A stretch of 64,000 nt of DNA from an uncultured Verrucomicrobiae bacterium (GCA_963719495.1 CAVRCI010000001.1:224001-288000); one strand, 5' to 3'. Shown: positions 38,082 through 48,090, numbered from the stretch's first letter. A program made the numbers and translations. Notes: generated by a model not told the origin, from the letters alone.

Positions 38082-39065
38082 GTGAAATCCACTCTCATCC
38101 TCGTGCTCACCACCGGACTCGCCACCATGAACGCTATGACCGCCCGCACCGCCACCTCAACCGAATCGACCGGCCCCGACTACACCCTCTTCGAACTCGG
38201 TAATCCCGACGTCACCACGCCGACCACACCCGGCCTCCTCCTCATGGGCGGCGGCGGCGATGTCGACGAAGCCATCCGGTGGTTCATTCAGCAAGCCGGC
38301 GGCGGCGACATCGTCGTCCTTCGAGCCGGCGGCGGCGACGGCTACCAGGATTACTTCCACTCCGAAATCGGCGGCATCAATTCCGTCACCAGCATCGTCT
38401 TCGATTCCGAAAAACCTTCCTCCGACCCCGCCATCCTCGACCGCGTCGCCAAGGCGGAGGGCATCTTCATCGCCGGCGGCGACCAGGCCCGTTACTACCG
38501 ATTCTGGGCCGAAACCCCCCTCGCCGCCGCCATCACCAAACACCACGCCGACGGCAAACCCCTCGGCGGCACCAGCGCCGGCCTCGCCGTCCTCGGCGGC
38601 CAGTGCTACTCCGCCCGCAACGACACCGTCATCTCCAAGGAAGCCCTCGCCGACCCCTTCGACGACCGCGTCACCCTCGACCCCGGCATGTTCGACATCC
38701 CGATCATCGATCACCTCCTCACCGACTCCCATTTCAGCCAACGCGATCGCCTCGGCCGCCTCGTCACCTTCGTAGGCCGCCTCCGCGCCCAGACCCCGCC
38801 CATCGAGCTCATCGGAGTCGGCGTCGACGAGCGCACCGCCCTCTGCGTCGAAGCCGACGGCACCGCCAAAATCATCAGCCCGGACGAAGGCACCGTCACA
38901 CTGGTCAAGCTCACCACCCCCCCAAAGACCGTCGAACCCCAAAAGCCCCTGGAAGCCGAAGGCATCCAGATCCAAGTCCTCCCCACCGGCACCACCCTCG
39001 ACGTCGAAAGCCTCGACCAGCAATTCGAGAACACCCCCACCCAGACAGAAGCCGACCTGCAATAG
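38082..39065 (+). CDS. Secreted cyanophycinase-family serine peptidase (S51)
   Basis: Signal peptide, LMGGG, IAGGDQ, GGTSAG (Ser), DSHFSQRDRLGRL (His), GVDE (Glu). Confidence 0.85.
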   Translation: MKSTLILVLTTGLATMNAMTARTATSTESTGPDYTLFELGNPDVTTPTTPGLLLMGGGGDVDEAIRWFIQQAGGGDIVVLRAGGGDGYQDYFHSEIGGINSVTSIVFDSEKPSSDPAILDRVAKAEGIFIAGGDQARYYRFWAETPLAAAITKHHADGKPLGGTSAGLAVLGGQCYSARNDTVISKEALADPFDDRVTLDPGMFDIPIIDHLLTDSHFSQRDRLGRLVTFVGRLRAQTPPIELIGVGVDERTALCVEADGTAKIISPDEGTVTLVKLTTPPKTVEPQKPLEAEGIQIQVLPTGTTLDVESLDQQFENTPTQTEADLQ

Positions 39066-39070
39066 TCCAA

Positions 39071-39182
39071 GGAACGGCGGCATCCCGCCGCCGAAGTCCG
39101 GCAAATCGAGCAAAGCGAGAGAGCCGACCCCTCGAGGAGCGGCGATTTACAATCGCCGAACCAACCCAATCCGGCGAAGCCG
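39071..39182 (+). repeat. Composite REP cluster (partial family A + family B)
   Basis: Shares ggcaaatcgagcaaagcgagagagccg and ggagcggcgattt.caatcgccgaaccaacccaa with other copies. Confidence 0.85.
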
Positions 39183-39266
39183 GACACTTGCCGAAGCTTC
39201 ACCATCCGCGCAATCCGCGTAATCTGCGGTCAAAACTCACCTCACCTTACCCCAGCGCCCACCCCA

Positions 39267-40655
39267 GTGACCCTCCTCGCCGCCGCCACCAGCACCGCCG
39301 CAGCCGCCAGCACCGCCGCCCCCCCCGCGCTCCCGATGATCCTCATCGGCGGAGTCCTCATTCTCACGTTCATTGCCATCGCGTTCGAGCTCGTCCACAA
39401 AAGCCTCGCCGCCCTCGCCGGAGCCATCGTCGCCGTCATTCTCGCCCTCTCGCTCGGCGTCTTCCCGGGAGAAAAGCCCTACGAGACCGTCTACAACTTC
39501 ATCGGCCACGACCTCGGCGTGATCGGCGTCATCGTGGGCACCAGCATCCTCGTCGGCATCACCGCGAAGTCCGGCCTCTTCCACTTTATCGCCATCAAGC
39601 TCGTCAAGCTCACCCACGGCAAACCCGCCCTCCTCCTCCCCGCTGTGATGGTCGCCACCATCGGCTTCGTCACCTTTCTCACCATCGCGCCCGGCGTCCT
39701 CATCATGACGTCCCTCGTCCTCGTCATCACCAAATCACTCGGCTACAAGCCCGTGCCCTACATCATGGTCGTCGCCATCGGCGCGAACTCCGGCGCGCTC
39801 ATGACCTTCGCCTCCGGCATCCCGACGCTCATGATCGGCACCAGCGCCGGCATCCCCTACGTCGACTTCCTCCTCGTCTCCACCCCGCTCGCCATCCTCT
39901 CCGCCGTCCTCGCGTTCTTCGTCATCCGCTTCTCCTACCGCAAGGACCTCGTCGCTCTCGGAGATCCGATCGAGCGCCGCGAGAAGGTCGCGCAGTTCGA
40001 CGAATGGGCGCTCGTGAAAGACCGCTCCATTTTTGCCCGCTGCGCGGTCATCCTCGGCTTCACCATCCTCGGATTCGCCTTCGCCCAGCAGCTCGGCGTC
40101 GGCCTCGACTTCATCGCCTTCTGCGGAGCCGCCGCCGCCCTCCTCTTCTCCGGCTTCGACACCGAGGACGCCATCCGCGCCGTCAAGTGGCCGATCATTC
40201 TCTTCTTCGTCGGCCTCTTCGTCCTCATCGGCGCCGTCCGCGAGACCGGGCTCCTCGAGATCCTCGCCCAACAAATTTTCCTCATCTCCGGCACCAACGT
40301 CTTCATCGCCATCGTCATCCTCGTTCCGTTCGTTTTCATCACCGCCGGCATCGTCGACAACATCCCCGTCGCCGCCACGATGATCCCCATCACCAAGTCC
40401 ATGATCGCCTCCGGCCTTCCCGCCGAGCCGCTCTGGTGGGCTCTCATCGCCGCCAGCAACCTCGGTGGCAATCCAACCCCGGTCGGTTCCATCGCCGCCG
40501 TCATCGCCCTCCACGCCCTCGAAAAAGAGCGCGGCATCACGATCGGCTGGGGTGAATACCTCAAGGTCGGCGGCCTCGTCACCCTCCTCCAGATCCCCCT
40601 CGTCGTCGGCTACTTGGAACTCTATCGCTGGCTCGACCTCTTCCCAAAACTGTAA
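39267..40655 (+). CDS. ArsB/NhaD/SLC13-like ion transporter (IT superfamily)
   Basis: About 11-12 TMs, 'GIVDNIP', 'NLGGNPTPVGSIA'. Confidence 0.85.
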   Translation: MTLLAAATSTAAAASTAAPPALPMILIGGVLILTFIAIAFELVHKSLAALAGAIVAVILALSLGVFPGEKPYETVYNFIGHDLGVIGVIVGTSILVGITAKSGLFHFIAIKLVKLTHGKPALLLPAVMVATIGFVTFLTIAPGVLIMTSLVLVITKSLGYKPVPYIMVVAIGANSGALMTFASGIPTLMIGTSAGIPYVDFLLVSTPLAILSAVLAFFVIRFSYRKDLVALGDPIERREKVAQFDEWALVKDRSIFARCAVILGFTILGFAFAQQLGVGLDFIAFCGAAAALLFSGFDTEDAIRAVKWPIILFFVGLFVLIGAVRETGLLEILAQQIFLISGTNVFIAIVILVPFVFITAGIVDNIPVAATMIPITKSMIASGLPAEPLWWALIAASNLGGNPTPVGSIAAVIALHALEKERGITIGWGEYLKVGGLVTLLQIPLVVGYLELYRWLDLFPKL

Positions 40656-40685
40656 CGCGAGCTTCCCGCTTGCACCCATCCGCTC

Positions 40686-41516
40686 ATGAACGACGCCAAC
40701 GACCGCGACATCGACGACAACATGGACCGCTTCGAGGCCGCCTCGTCGGCCCGTGCCATCACCCTGCCCACCATCGACCTGACCCGCATCCTCCTCGCTC
40801 TCGACGGGTCCAATCAGGACACCCCCGCCCGCGATCTCGCCGAGCGTTTCGAAGCAACGATCTCAACCGCCAGCCTCGACTCCGACGACTCACCCCACCG
40901 CCAGATCCTCGATCAGTGCCGCGAATCCGGCAGCGACCTTATCGTCGTCCCCGCCCCCTTCCGCGAGGACTTCGCCGAGCTCGGAGCCGCCAGCATCGGG
41001 TCGAATCTCGACCGCCTCCTCAGCCAACGCGACACCCCCCTCCTCGTCGTGCGCGACCCCGACCGCGCCAGCGAGAACCTCACCCGCGAGATCGTCCTCC
41101 CGCTTTCCTTCGTCGCCGCCGAAGACATCCGCGCCGCGGCCTGGGCCTTCCGCACCCTCGCCCCCGGTGGGCGCATCCGCATCCTTGCCGTCGTCGACAC
41201 CGAACATCTCGTCCGCGACCACAGGCTCGAAGGCGGTGCCCTCGACGTCGAGGACCTTGAGGAATTCGACCTCGCCGGACTCGATCAACCCGGGATGGCC
41301 GGCCTCATCGCCGCCGTCCAACGTCACGCCGCCGAGAACGACGTCGGCTGCCGGGTCAGCATCCGCGTCGGTGCCACGGTCAAAGCCACCGCCGAATTCG
41401 CCAACGCCCAGCCCTGCATCCTGGCCGTCACCTGCCCCCTCGACGACACCGACCCCGCCTACGCCGACGTCCACAGCCTCACCCGCCAAAGCCGCAATCC
41501 GGTCCTGATCGTTTGA
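40686..41516 (+). CDS. Tandem universal stress protein-like protein
   Basis: 'RILLALDGS', 'DLIVV', 'IGSNLDRLL...TPLLVV', C-terminal 'NPVLIV'. Confidence 0.75.
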   Translation: MNDANDRDIDDNMDRFEAASSARAITLPTIDLTRILLALDGSNQDTPARDLAERFEATISTASLDSDDSPHRQILDQCRESGSDLIVVPAPFREDFAELGAASIGSNLDRLLSQRDTPLLVVRDPDRASENLTREIVLPLSFVAAEDIRAAAWAFRTLAPGGRIRILAVVDTEHLVRDHRLEGGALDVEDLEEFDLAGLDQPGMAGLIAAVQRHAAENDVGCRVSIRVGATVKATAEFANAQPCILAVTCPLDDTDPAYADVHSLTRQSRNPVLIV

Positions 41517-41528
41517 TCCCAAAGATCT

Positions 41529-41614
41529 GTAGCGTCGGTCTGTGACCGTCGCTGACTTCATCCGAAACACATCCGCGGCCAAACCACCCCCCGGCGGTCA
41601 CAGACCGCCGCTAC
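41529..41614. repeat. REPIN-like inverted pair of GTAG-foot hairpins (family C)
   Basis: gtagcgtcggtctgtgaccgtcg ... cggcggtcacagaccgccgctac between convergent genes. Confidence 0.85.
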
Positions 41615-41642
41615 AGCGCCGCGCCCTCCGTCGCATCCTCCC

Positions 41643-42749
41643 CTACGCCGCCACCGGCGAGTCCACCGCCCGATACCAATTATCCCGCCTCCGCGGCTCA
41701 TACCCGGCCTCGCGGATCAGCCGCTCGATCTCGTCCGAATTCAGCCGGAAGCTCGTCCCCGCGCTGCTCACCACGTTTTCCTCCATCATCACGCTGCCAA
41801 AATCGTTCGCCCCGTATTTCAAAGCAACCTGCCCGATCCGCGGCCCCTGGGTCACCCACGAGCTCTGCACGTTCTCGAAATTATCGAGGTAGATCCGCGA
41901 CAGCGCCTGCATCCGCAGATACTCCGCCGAGCCCACCGGCTCCGCCTTGAGCTTCGTGTTCTCCGGCTGAAACGTCCAACAGATGAACGCCGTGAAGCCC
42001 CCGGTCTCGTCCTGCAAATCCCGCAAACGCCGCAGATGCTCGACCCGCTCCTCGAACGTCTCGACGTGGCCAAACATCATCGTCGCGCTGGAGTTCATCC
42101 CCTGACCGTGCGCGATCCGCATCACCTCCAGCCACTGATCCGAATTGCACTTCAACGGCGCGATGCGGTCCCGCACCCGGTCGACGAGAATCTCGCCCCC
42201 ACCCCCCGGAATCGACCCCAACCCGGCTTCACGGAATTGCCGAATCACCTCCCCGATCGACATCTGGAAGACCTCGGCGAAATGATTGAACTCCGGCGGA
42301 CTGAACGCGTGAATGTTGATGTGCGGGTAGTTGTCCCGAATGTGCGAGAGCAACGTCAGATAATAGTCGATCCCGAGCTTCGGATGATGCCCACCCTGCA
42401 TGAGAATCTGAATCCCATCGACCGCCGTCAGCTCATCCAGTTTCCGATCAATTTCATCGAGCGAGAGAACGTAGGAATCCGCGTCCTTCTCGGTCCGGTA
42501 GAAGGCGCAGAATTTGCAGTAGACGTTGCAGATGTTCGTGTAATTGATGTTTCGGTCGATGATGTAGGTCACCACGTCATTCCCCCGCCCCCCAAGCGCA
42601 TCCGCCTTTGCAATCTGACGACGGGCATCCGCCAGCGCTCCCAGTTCATTCAGAGGCAGTTGGTAAAGCGCCGCCGCATCCGCCGCGTCGATCCGCTCCC
42701 CGTCGAGCACCTTGTCCATCACCGACTCGCTATCAATCGCAGCAACCAT
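41643..42749 (-). CDS. mqnC: Cyclic dehypoxanthinyl futalosine synthase (radical SAM, CofH/MqnC family)
   Basis: DRNINYTNICNVYCKFCAF, MQGGHHP, SIPGGGGEIL, QSSWVTQG, MEENVVS. Confidence 0.88.
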   Translation of the reverse strand: MVAAIDSESVMDKVLDGERIDAADAAALYQLPLNELGALADARRQIAKADALGGRGNDVVTYIIDRNINYTNICNVYCKFCAFYRTEKDADSYVLSLDEIDRKLDELTAVDGIQILMQGGHHPKLGIDYYLTLLSHIRDNYPHINIHAFSPPEFNHFAEVFQMSIGEVIRQFREAGLGSIPGGGGEILVDRVRDRIAPLKCNSDQWLEVMRIAHGQGMNSSATMMFGHVETFEERVEHLRRLRDLQDETGGFTAFICWTFQPENTKLKAEPVGSAEYLRMQALSRIYLDNFENVQSSWVTQGPRIGQVALKYGANDFGSVMMEENVVSSAGTSFRLNSDEIERLIREAGYEPRRRDNWYRAVDSPVAA

Positions 42750-42842
42750 AAATCCTCAAAGTAAAAGAAACGCCCCACACTGCAAACCAGACTCACCCGC
42801 ATTCCCCACCATTCACCAGTCACCAATCACGGCGAAGCCAAC

Positions 42843-43943
42843 CTAGCTCACCGTCCGCCGGTGGATCCACACGCTCTGCAACAGCCCGAAGCTGATCAAA
42901 ATAATCAACAAAAACGACCCGCCGTAGCTCACCAGCGGCAGCGGCAGGCCGGTGATCGGCGTCACCGCGACCGTCATCCCGATGTTCATGAAAATGTGCG
43001 CAAACAGCAGCATGGTCACCCCGGCAGCCAATAATCGCCCCAGATCGTCCCCGGCCGTCATCACCACGTAAAGGCACACCAGCAGCAAAAACGCGAAGAC
43101 CGCGATCAGAATCGCCCCGCCGAGGAACCCATGCTGCTCCCCGAGCACCGAAAAAATAAAATCGTTGTGAACGATCGTGCTCGGCAGGAAGCCGAGTTCA
43201 TTCTGCGTATTCTCCGCGCGAAAACCCTTGCCGCCCCAGCCGCCGGACCCAATCGCTATGAGCGATTGATTGATCGTCCAACCCGCGCCCTGCGGGTCCA
43301 GATCGGGATCGAGGAACACCAGAATCCGGTCCTTCTGGTAGGGCTTCAGCCCGAAGTTCACGATCAGCGGCACCATCGCCACCCCGAGCAGAATCATGCT
43401 GACCAAATACCGCAGCGGCACCGCGCCAATGAAGAGCATCCCGAAGATCACCGGGATCCAGACCAGCGCCGAACCCAGATCCGGCTGAATGAGGATAAGC
43501 ACCCAAGGCGCGCCCACGATGGCCCCGCACGCCGCAATCCGGAAAAACGGGTGCAGCGCCTTGAATTGACTCAGAAACAACGCCAGCACCAGAATCCCCG
43601 CCAGGATCGCCAACTGCGAAGGCTGGAAGTTCATCACCCCGAGATCCAGCCAACTCCGCGCCCCGTAGCGCTTCTCACCGATGAACATCGTCGCCAACAG
43701 CGTCCCCAAGCCGACGACGTAGATCGGCAGCGCCCCCCAGCGCACCCAACGATAGTCGATCATCGAAACCACAAAAAAGACCGGTAGACAGATGAACATC
43801 CACTGGATCTGCGACTCCCAGAAGGTGTCCGTCCGCGACCACGTCGCGCTGTAGATCGCGTAGATTCCGAAGACCATCAGGCCCAGCATCATGCCGAGCA
43901 GGATCCAATTGAAGCCGAGCAGTTTTCTGAGGTAAGGGTGCAT
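42843..43943 (-). CDS. rodA: SEDS family peptidoglycan polymerase RodA
   Basis: GARSW..G...FQPS, QPDLG, SLIAIGSGG, DFIFS, PITGLPLPLVSYGGS. Confidence 0.9.
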   Translation of the reverse strand: MHPYLRKLLGFNWILLGMMLGLMVFGIYAIYSATWSRTDTFWESQIQWMFICLPVFFVVSMIDYRWVRWGALPIYVVGLGTLLATMFIGEKRYGARSWLDLGVMNFQPSQLAILAGILVLALFLSQFKALHPFFRIAACGAIVGAPWVLILIQPDLGSALVWIPVIFGMLFIGAVPLRYLVSMILLGVAMVPLIVNFGLKPYQKDRILVFLDPDLDPQGAGWTINQSLIAIGSGGWGGKGFRAENTQNELGFLPSTIVHNDFIFSVLGEQHGFLGGAILIAVFAFLLLVCLYVVMTAGDDLGRLLAAGVTMLLFAHIFMNIGMTVAVTPITGLPLPLVSYGGSFLLIILISFGLLQSVWIHRRTVS

Positions 43944-43985
43944 TCGCGTCGGCGACTGTCGGCTATGGGATCGCCACTGGCAACC

Positions 43986-44783
43986 TCACAAAGTCGGCAC
44001 CGCGGCCAGCAATTTGCGGGTGTATTCGTCCTTCGGATCCCGGTAAATCTCCTCCGCCGAAGCGCTCTCCACCACCCGGCCCCGGTTCATCACCAGCACG
44101 TGATCGCTGATGTGCTCCACGACGGCGAGGTCGTGCGCGATGAACAAATACGCGATCCCGTATTGCTCCTGGAGGTCCTGAAGAAGATTCACGATCTGCG
44201 CCTGCACGCTCACGTCCAACGCGCTCACCGGTTCGTCGCACACGATGAACTTTGGCTCCACGGCCAGCGCCCGGGCGATCCCGATCCGCTGCCGTTGTCC
44301 GCCGCTGAACTCGTGCGGATACCGTGCCATCATTTCGCCCTTGAGCCCCACCTTCTCGAGCAACTCCGCGACCCGCGCCCGGCGATCCTTCGCCTTCATC
44401 GATCGAAAATGCACCTCCAACGCTTCGCCCACGATCGTCCCGATCGTCATCCGCGGATTCAGCGATCCAAACGGATCCTGAAAAATCATCTGCATCTCCC
44501 GCCGCAGCGGCCGGAACGCGCTCTCGCTCAGCGGCAGGATCTCGCGTCCCTGGTATCGGACGGAACCCGACGTCACCTCGTTCAGCTTGAGCACGGCCCG
44601 CCCCACGGTCGTCTTCCCGCTCCCGCTCTCGCCGACCAGCCCGACCGTCTGCCCCGGCTTCACGACAAAACTCACGCCGTCGACGGCCTTCACCTCACCG
44701 ATCCGACGCCGCAGCAGCCCACCAAGCACCGGGAACCACACCCGCAGGTCGGTCACTTCCAAAAGAGGCGTCGCGTCGTCCAT
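43986..44783 (-). CDS. Peptide ABC transporter ATP-binding protein (OppF/DppF-like)
   Basis: [36 protein letters not shown]. Confidence 0.93.
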   Translation of the reverse strand: MDDATPLLEVTDLRVWFPVLGGLLRRRIGEVKAVDGVSFVVKPGQTVGLVGESGSGKTTVGRAVLKLNEVTSGSVRYQGREILPLSESAFRPLRREMQMIFQDPFGSLNPRMTIGTIVGEALEVHFRSMKAKDRRARVAELLEKVGLKGEMMARYPHEFSGGQRQRIGIARALAVEPKFIVCDEPVSALDVSVQAQIVNLLQDLQEQYGIAYLFIAHDLAVVEHISDHVLVMNRGRVVESASAEEIYRDPKDEYTRKLLAAVPTL

Positions 44784-45025
44784 CGGAGAAAGAGCTAAGT
44801 CGCGACGCCCCGAAAACGCAAGCCACCCGCTTGCGCGTCCCCCATCGGGTGTGATCGAAAGCGGGTCCGGACCGGAAGAAGAATCTCGTGAACGCCACGA
44901 ACGTCTGACCGAGGGGACGACAGGAGGCTGTCGACGAGTCCGTGGGAGATCGCCACGGTCCAAGGCCTCGCAGCATCGGGTCTCCCGCCTCATCTAGACG
45001 CCCCCCCCAATTCCCGCGGAGTCTC

Positions 45026-45059
45026 CCGATAAAACGTAACGGCCGTTACGTTTTATCGG
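45026..45059. repeat. Perfect 34-bp palindrome
   Basis: ccgataaaacgtaacgg|ccgttacgttttatcgg. Confidence 0.95.
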
Positions 45060-45343
45060 TGGCGGAATCATTCATTCATCCGTTCGTTCGCTCGCCACTC
45101 CCCGTCCCGGGACCCCCGGATCCGCGGCCTTCCGACGGGCAAGCTCCGGCTCGCCAGCGGTAAGGCCCGGGCTCTGCCGCCAACACCGAGGTTAGCGGGA
45201 GATTTGCTTCTCCGCGCGGGTGATATCGTGGCCACCCGAGGGAGGGTTTACTCGCGGCTCGACGCGGCCTGGCTCGTTGATCCCAATCTCGCTCGCACCT
45301 TAGGGCTCAGCCTTGAACGCACTTTTAATCACATCCCCCCCAT

Positions 45344-45519
45344 CTGTGATTTCGAGCGAAGCGAAGAGCCGAAGGCCGCCTTTCACTTCTTCATCAGATA
45401 AAAAAGGCAATCTCTGGCTTACACTCCTCTCCGTCCGCAGTCCGCACCGCCCGCCACCCCCCCCCGCAACCCGTCGAATCCAAGAAGCCAGAGATCTTTC
45501 GCTCCGCTCAAGATGACAG
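45344..45519. repeat. Inverted pair of family D REP-like repeats
   Basis: ctgtgatttcgagcgaagcgaa ... agagatctttcgctccgctcaagatgacag. Confidence 0.7.
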
Positions 45520-45585
45520 GTTTTGGAAGGAGAGCACCCGCGCGCCGAGCATCCTCGAACCTCGACCGCCCTCGACCCTCGACCC

Positions 45586-46044
45586 CTAAAGCTTCTCCGC
45601 CGCCCGCGCCAGCGCGGCCACGAAATCTTCGCCGGTCTCCGCCGCGAGTAATTTCTCGAACGCAGCCGGGTCGCGGCAGACCCGCGCAATCGCTCCCACG
45701 ACCTGCAGATACACCGAATCAAACGCCGCTGGAATCCCGACCACGAAATACAGCCGCACCGGCTCGCCGATCTCCGGCACCACCGTGCCCGGAACCGCCC
45801 GGCCCGCCGCCATCACGAGTTCGGTGACCCCGGCCGTCCGGCCGTGCGCGATGCAGATGCCCGATTCGCCCTCGCAGATCGCCGTGGCATCGCGCTGCAG
45901 CACCGCCGCGCCGAGCGCGTCCCAATCCTTCACCCGCGCGTCGCCCCGCAGCTTGCCGAGCAATTCGGTGACCGCCGCGCGCTTGTCCGTGGGCTTGAGG
46001 GCGAGATTCACGTCGCTCGCGAGCAGGATTTCTTGGATGTCCAT
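45586..46044 (-). CDS. PTS EIIA (Ntr/Fru-type) domain protein
   Basis: 'R....T....GICIAHGR' phospho-His region, 'EPVRLYFV'. Confidence 0.85.
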   Translation of the reverse strand: MDIQEILLASDVNLALKPTDKRAAVTELLGKLRGDARVKDWDALGAAVLQRDATAICEGESGICIAHGRTAGVTELVMAAGRAVPGTVVPEIGEPVRLYFVVGIPAAFDSVYLQVVGAIARVCRDPAAFEKLLAAETGEDFVAALARAAEKL

Positions 46045-46071
46045 GGATTTGTTCTACGCCCCAAAGGCCGG

Positions 46072-46926
46072 TTAGACGTTGCTGCCGCTCCACTTGAGCT
46101 TCTGCCGAAGCACGTCGGTGAACGGGCGCTCGGGCAGCATCGCCAGCGGCAGACAACGCGAGGATTTCGTCACACGCAAGGTTTCGTCCGCATCCATCGG
46201 CACGGAAGCCTGCCCATCCACGGTCACGAAAACCAATTGATCCGGCACCACCATCCGCGCCTCGAGCGTCGACTCGTCGCTCACGACCACGGTTCGGTTC
46301 GTCAGCACGTGCGGGCAGATCGGCGTCACGACCGTCACGCCCGAACTCGGCAGCAGAATCGGTCCGCCCGCCGACAACGAGTAGGCGGTCGAACCCGTGG
46401 GCGTCGCGATGATCAGCCCATCGGCGTTGTAATCCGTGAGCGTCTCACCATCGACTTCGACGTGAATCCGCACCAGCCGCGAAGGCTCGCCGCCCGTCAG
46501 AACGACGTCGTTCAGTCCGAAAAACGACCGCACCGATCCGTCGCCCGCGATCAATTCGACCTTGAGAAGATGCCGCCGACTCAGCACGAAATCCTTCGCC
46601 AGGATCGACTCCACGGCCCGCCCCGCCTCCTGCGGCCCGAGACACGTCAGAAAACCCAGCGATCCGATGTTGATCCCGAACACGGGCCGCAATTGCTCCC
46701 GCACCCGATGCACCGCGCGCAGGATCGTCCCGTCGCCGCCCATGATCACCAGGAGCTCGCAGCGGGTCGCGAGTTCGTACTCGTCGAGGTCCGATTCGCG
46801 CCCGATCAGGGAAGCCGTGTGCGCCTCCAACTCGTAGGACGCTCCCCGGGAATCGAGTTCGGCGCAGAGGGTCGTAACCAGCTCTCGCGCGTCGGCTTTC
46901 TCGGAATGGGCGAGCAGTCCGATCAT
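46072..46926 (-). CDS. nadK: NAD kinase
   Basis: GGDGTILR, GSLGFL, LND, DGLIIATPTGSTAYSLSAGGP. Confidence 0.95.
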   Translation of the reverse strand: MIGLLAHSEKADARELVTTLCAELDSRGASYELEAHTASLIGRESDLDEYELATRCELLVIMGGDGTILRAVHRVREQLRPVFGINIGSLGFLTCLGPQEAGRAVESILAKDFVLSRRHLLKVELIAGDGSVRSFFGLNDVVLTGGEPSRLVRIHVEVDGETLTDYNADGLIIATPTGSTAYSLSAGGPILLPSSGVTVVTPICPHVLTNRTVVVSDESTLEARMVVPDQLVFVTVDGQASVPMDADETLRVTKSSRCLPLAMLPERPFTDVLRQKLKWSGSNV

Positions 46927-47666
46927 GGCCGGATGCAGGCAAGGTATTCGACGTTGCCGTTCGTTCCGGTGATCGGCGACTCGATCACGCCGGCCCAGGT
47001 CCGCCCCATCGTCTCCTCGACGAAGCGCTCGATCTTCTCGACCGCCGAGTAGCGCACGACGGGATCCGTCACGATCCCGCCCCGCCCGACCTGGTCGCGC
47101 GAAAGTTCAAATTGAGGTTTTACCAGCACCACCATCACTCCGTCCGGCTCGATCAACTCAAACGCGGGCGGCACAATCAAGGTCAACGAGATAAAACTCA
47201 CGTCCGCCACCGCGATCGCGACCCGCTCGCCGATGTCGTCGAATCCCAGATTGCGGCAGTTGATTTTCTCCCGCTCCCGCACGCGCTCGTCGCTGCGGAT
47301 CCGCCAATGCAGCTGCCCGTGACCGACGTCCAGCGCGTGGACGCGAACCGCCCCGCGCTGCAGCAGACAGTCGGTGAATCCCCCGGTCGACGCCCCGACG
47401 TCGAGGCAGACTTTCCCGGTGGGATCGACCCCGAACGCGTCCAGCGCCGCCTCGAGCTTGAGCCCGCCTCGGCTCACGTATTTCTCCCCACCGCGGACCT
47501 CGACCTCCGAATCGACGGGCACGCGAGTCCCGGGTTTTTCCAATCTCTGACCCGCCACGAACACCCGCCCAGCCATGAGCGCCCGCTGCGCGCGCTCGCG
47601 GGATTCGCTCAATCCACGGGCGACCAGCAGGGCGTCGAGCCGCATTTTTTCGGAGTTGTGGGCCAT
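46923..47666 (-). CDS. tlyA: TlyA family rRNA 2'-O-methyltransferase
   Basis: S4 domain, YVSRGGLKL, DVGASTGGFTD, DVSFISL, KPQFE. Confidence 0.95.
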   Translation of the reverse strand: MAHNSEKMRLDALLVARGLSESRERAQRALMAGRVFVAGQRLEKPGTRVPVDSEVEVRGGEKYVSRGGLKLEAALDAFGVDPTGKVCLDVGASTGGFTDCLLQRGAVRVHALDVGHGQLHWRIRSDERVREREKINCRNLGFDDIGERVAIAVADVSFISLTLIVPPAFELIEPDGVMVVLVKPQFELSRDQVGRGGIVTDPVVRYSAVEKIERFVEETMGRTWAGVIESPITGTNGNVEYLACIRP

Positions 47667-47715
47667 TGGAATTGAATTAAAGTCCTCGGTCTTTCACGCC
47701 AGCCCGCCTTCCCGC

Positions 47716-47973
47716 ATGTCCGATTCCGATCTCAATCTCCGCATCAAACAAATGATGGTCGAAAATCTGATGTTGAAGATGCAACCCGAAGAGATTGCCG
47801 ACGACACGCCTCTTTTTTCCCCCGAAGGCCTCGCCCTCGACTCCATCGACGCCCTCGAGCTCGCCGTCGGTCTCGAGAAACACTTCGGAGTCGCCACCCC
47901 CAGCGCCGAAGTCGCCCGCACCGCCTTCGAAAGCGTCAACACGATCGCAACCTACGTGCGGGAAAATGCGTGA
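47716..47973 (+). CDS. Acyl carrier protein
   Basis: 'GLALDSIDALEL' phosphopantetheine Ser motif. Confidence 0.9.
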   Translation: MSDSDLNLRIKQMMVENLMLKMQPEEIADDTPLFSPEGLALDSIDALELAVGLEKHFGVATPSAEVARTAFESVNTIATYVRENA

Positions 47974-48090
47974 GTGGGTCCAAAGTCCAAGGTCGGAAAG
48001 TCATTTTTGAATCGCTGGTGCGATTTTCGAAAATGCACTCTTCGACCTTCTGACCTCTCGACCTTGGACCTTCCGACCTTCCGACCTTCC

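Noticed and set aside
45060..45325. Group II intron, RNase P, SRP or tmRNA (GTGCG on the minus strand near 45322)
   Set aside because: No domain V/VI, no RT ORF, and no diagnostic consensus motifs recognised
47716..47973. Secondary-metabolite cluster around the ACP
   Set aside because: Stand-alone ACP with no ketosynthase, adenylation or tailoring genes nearby
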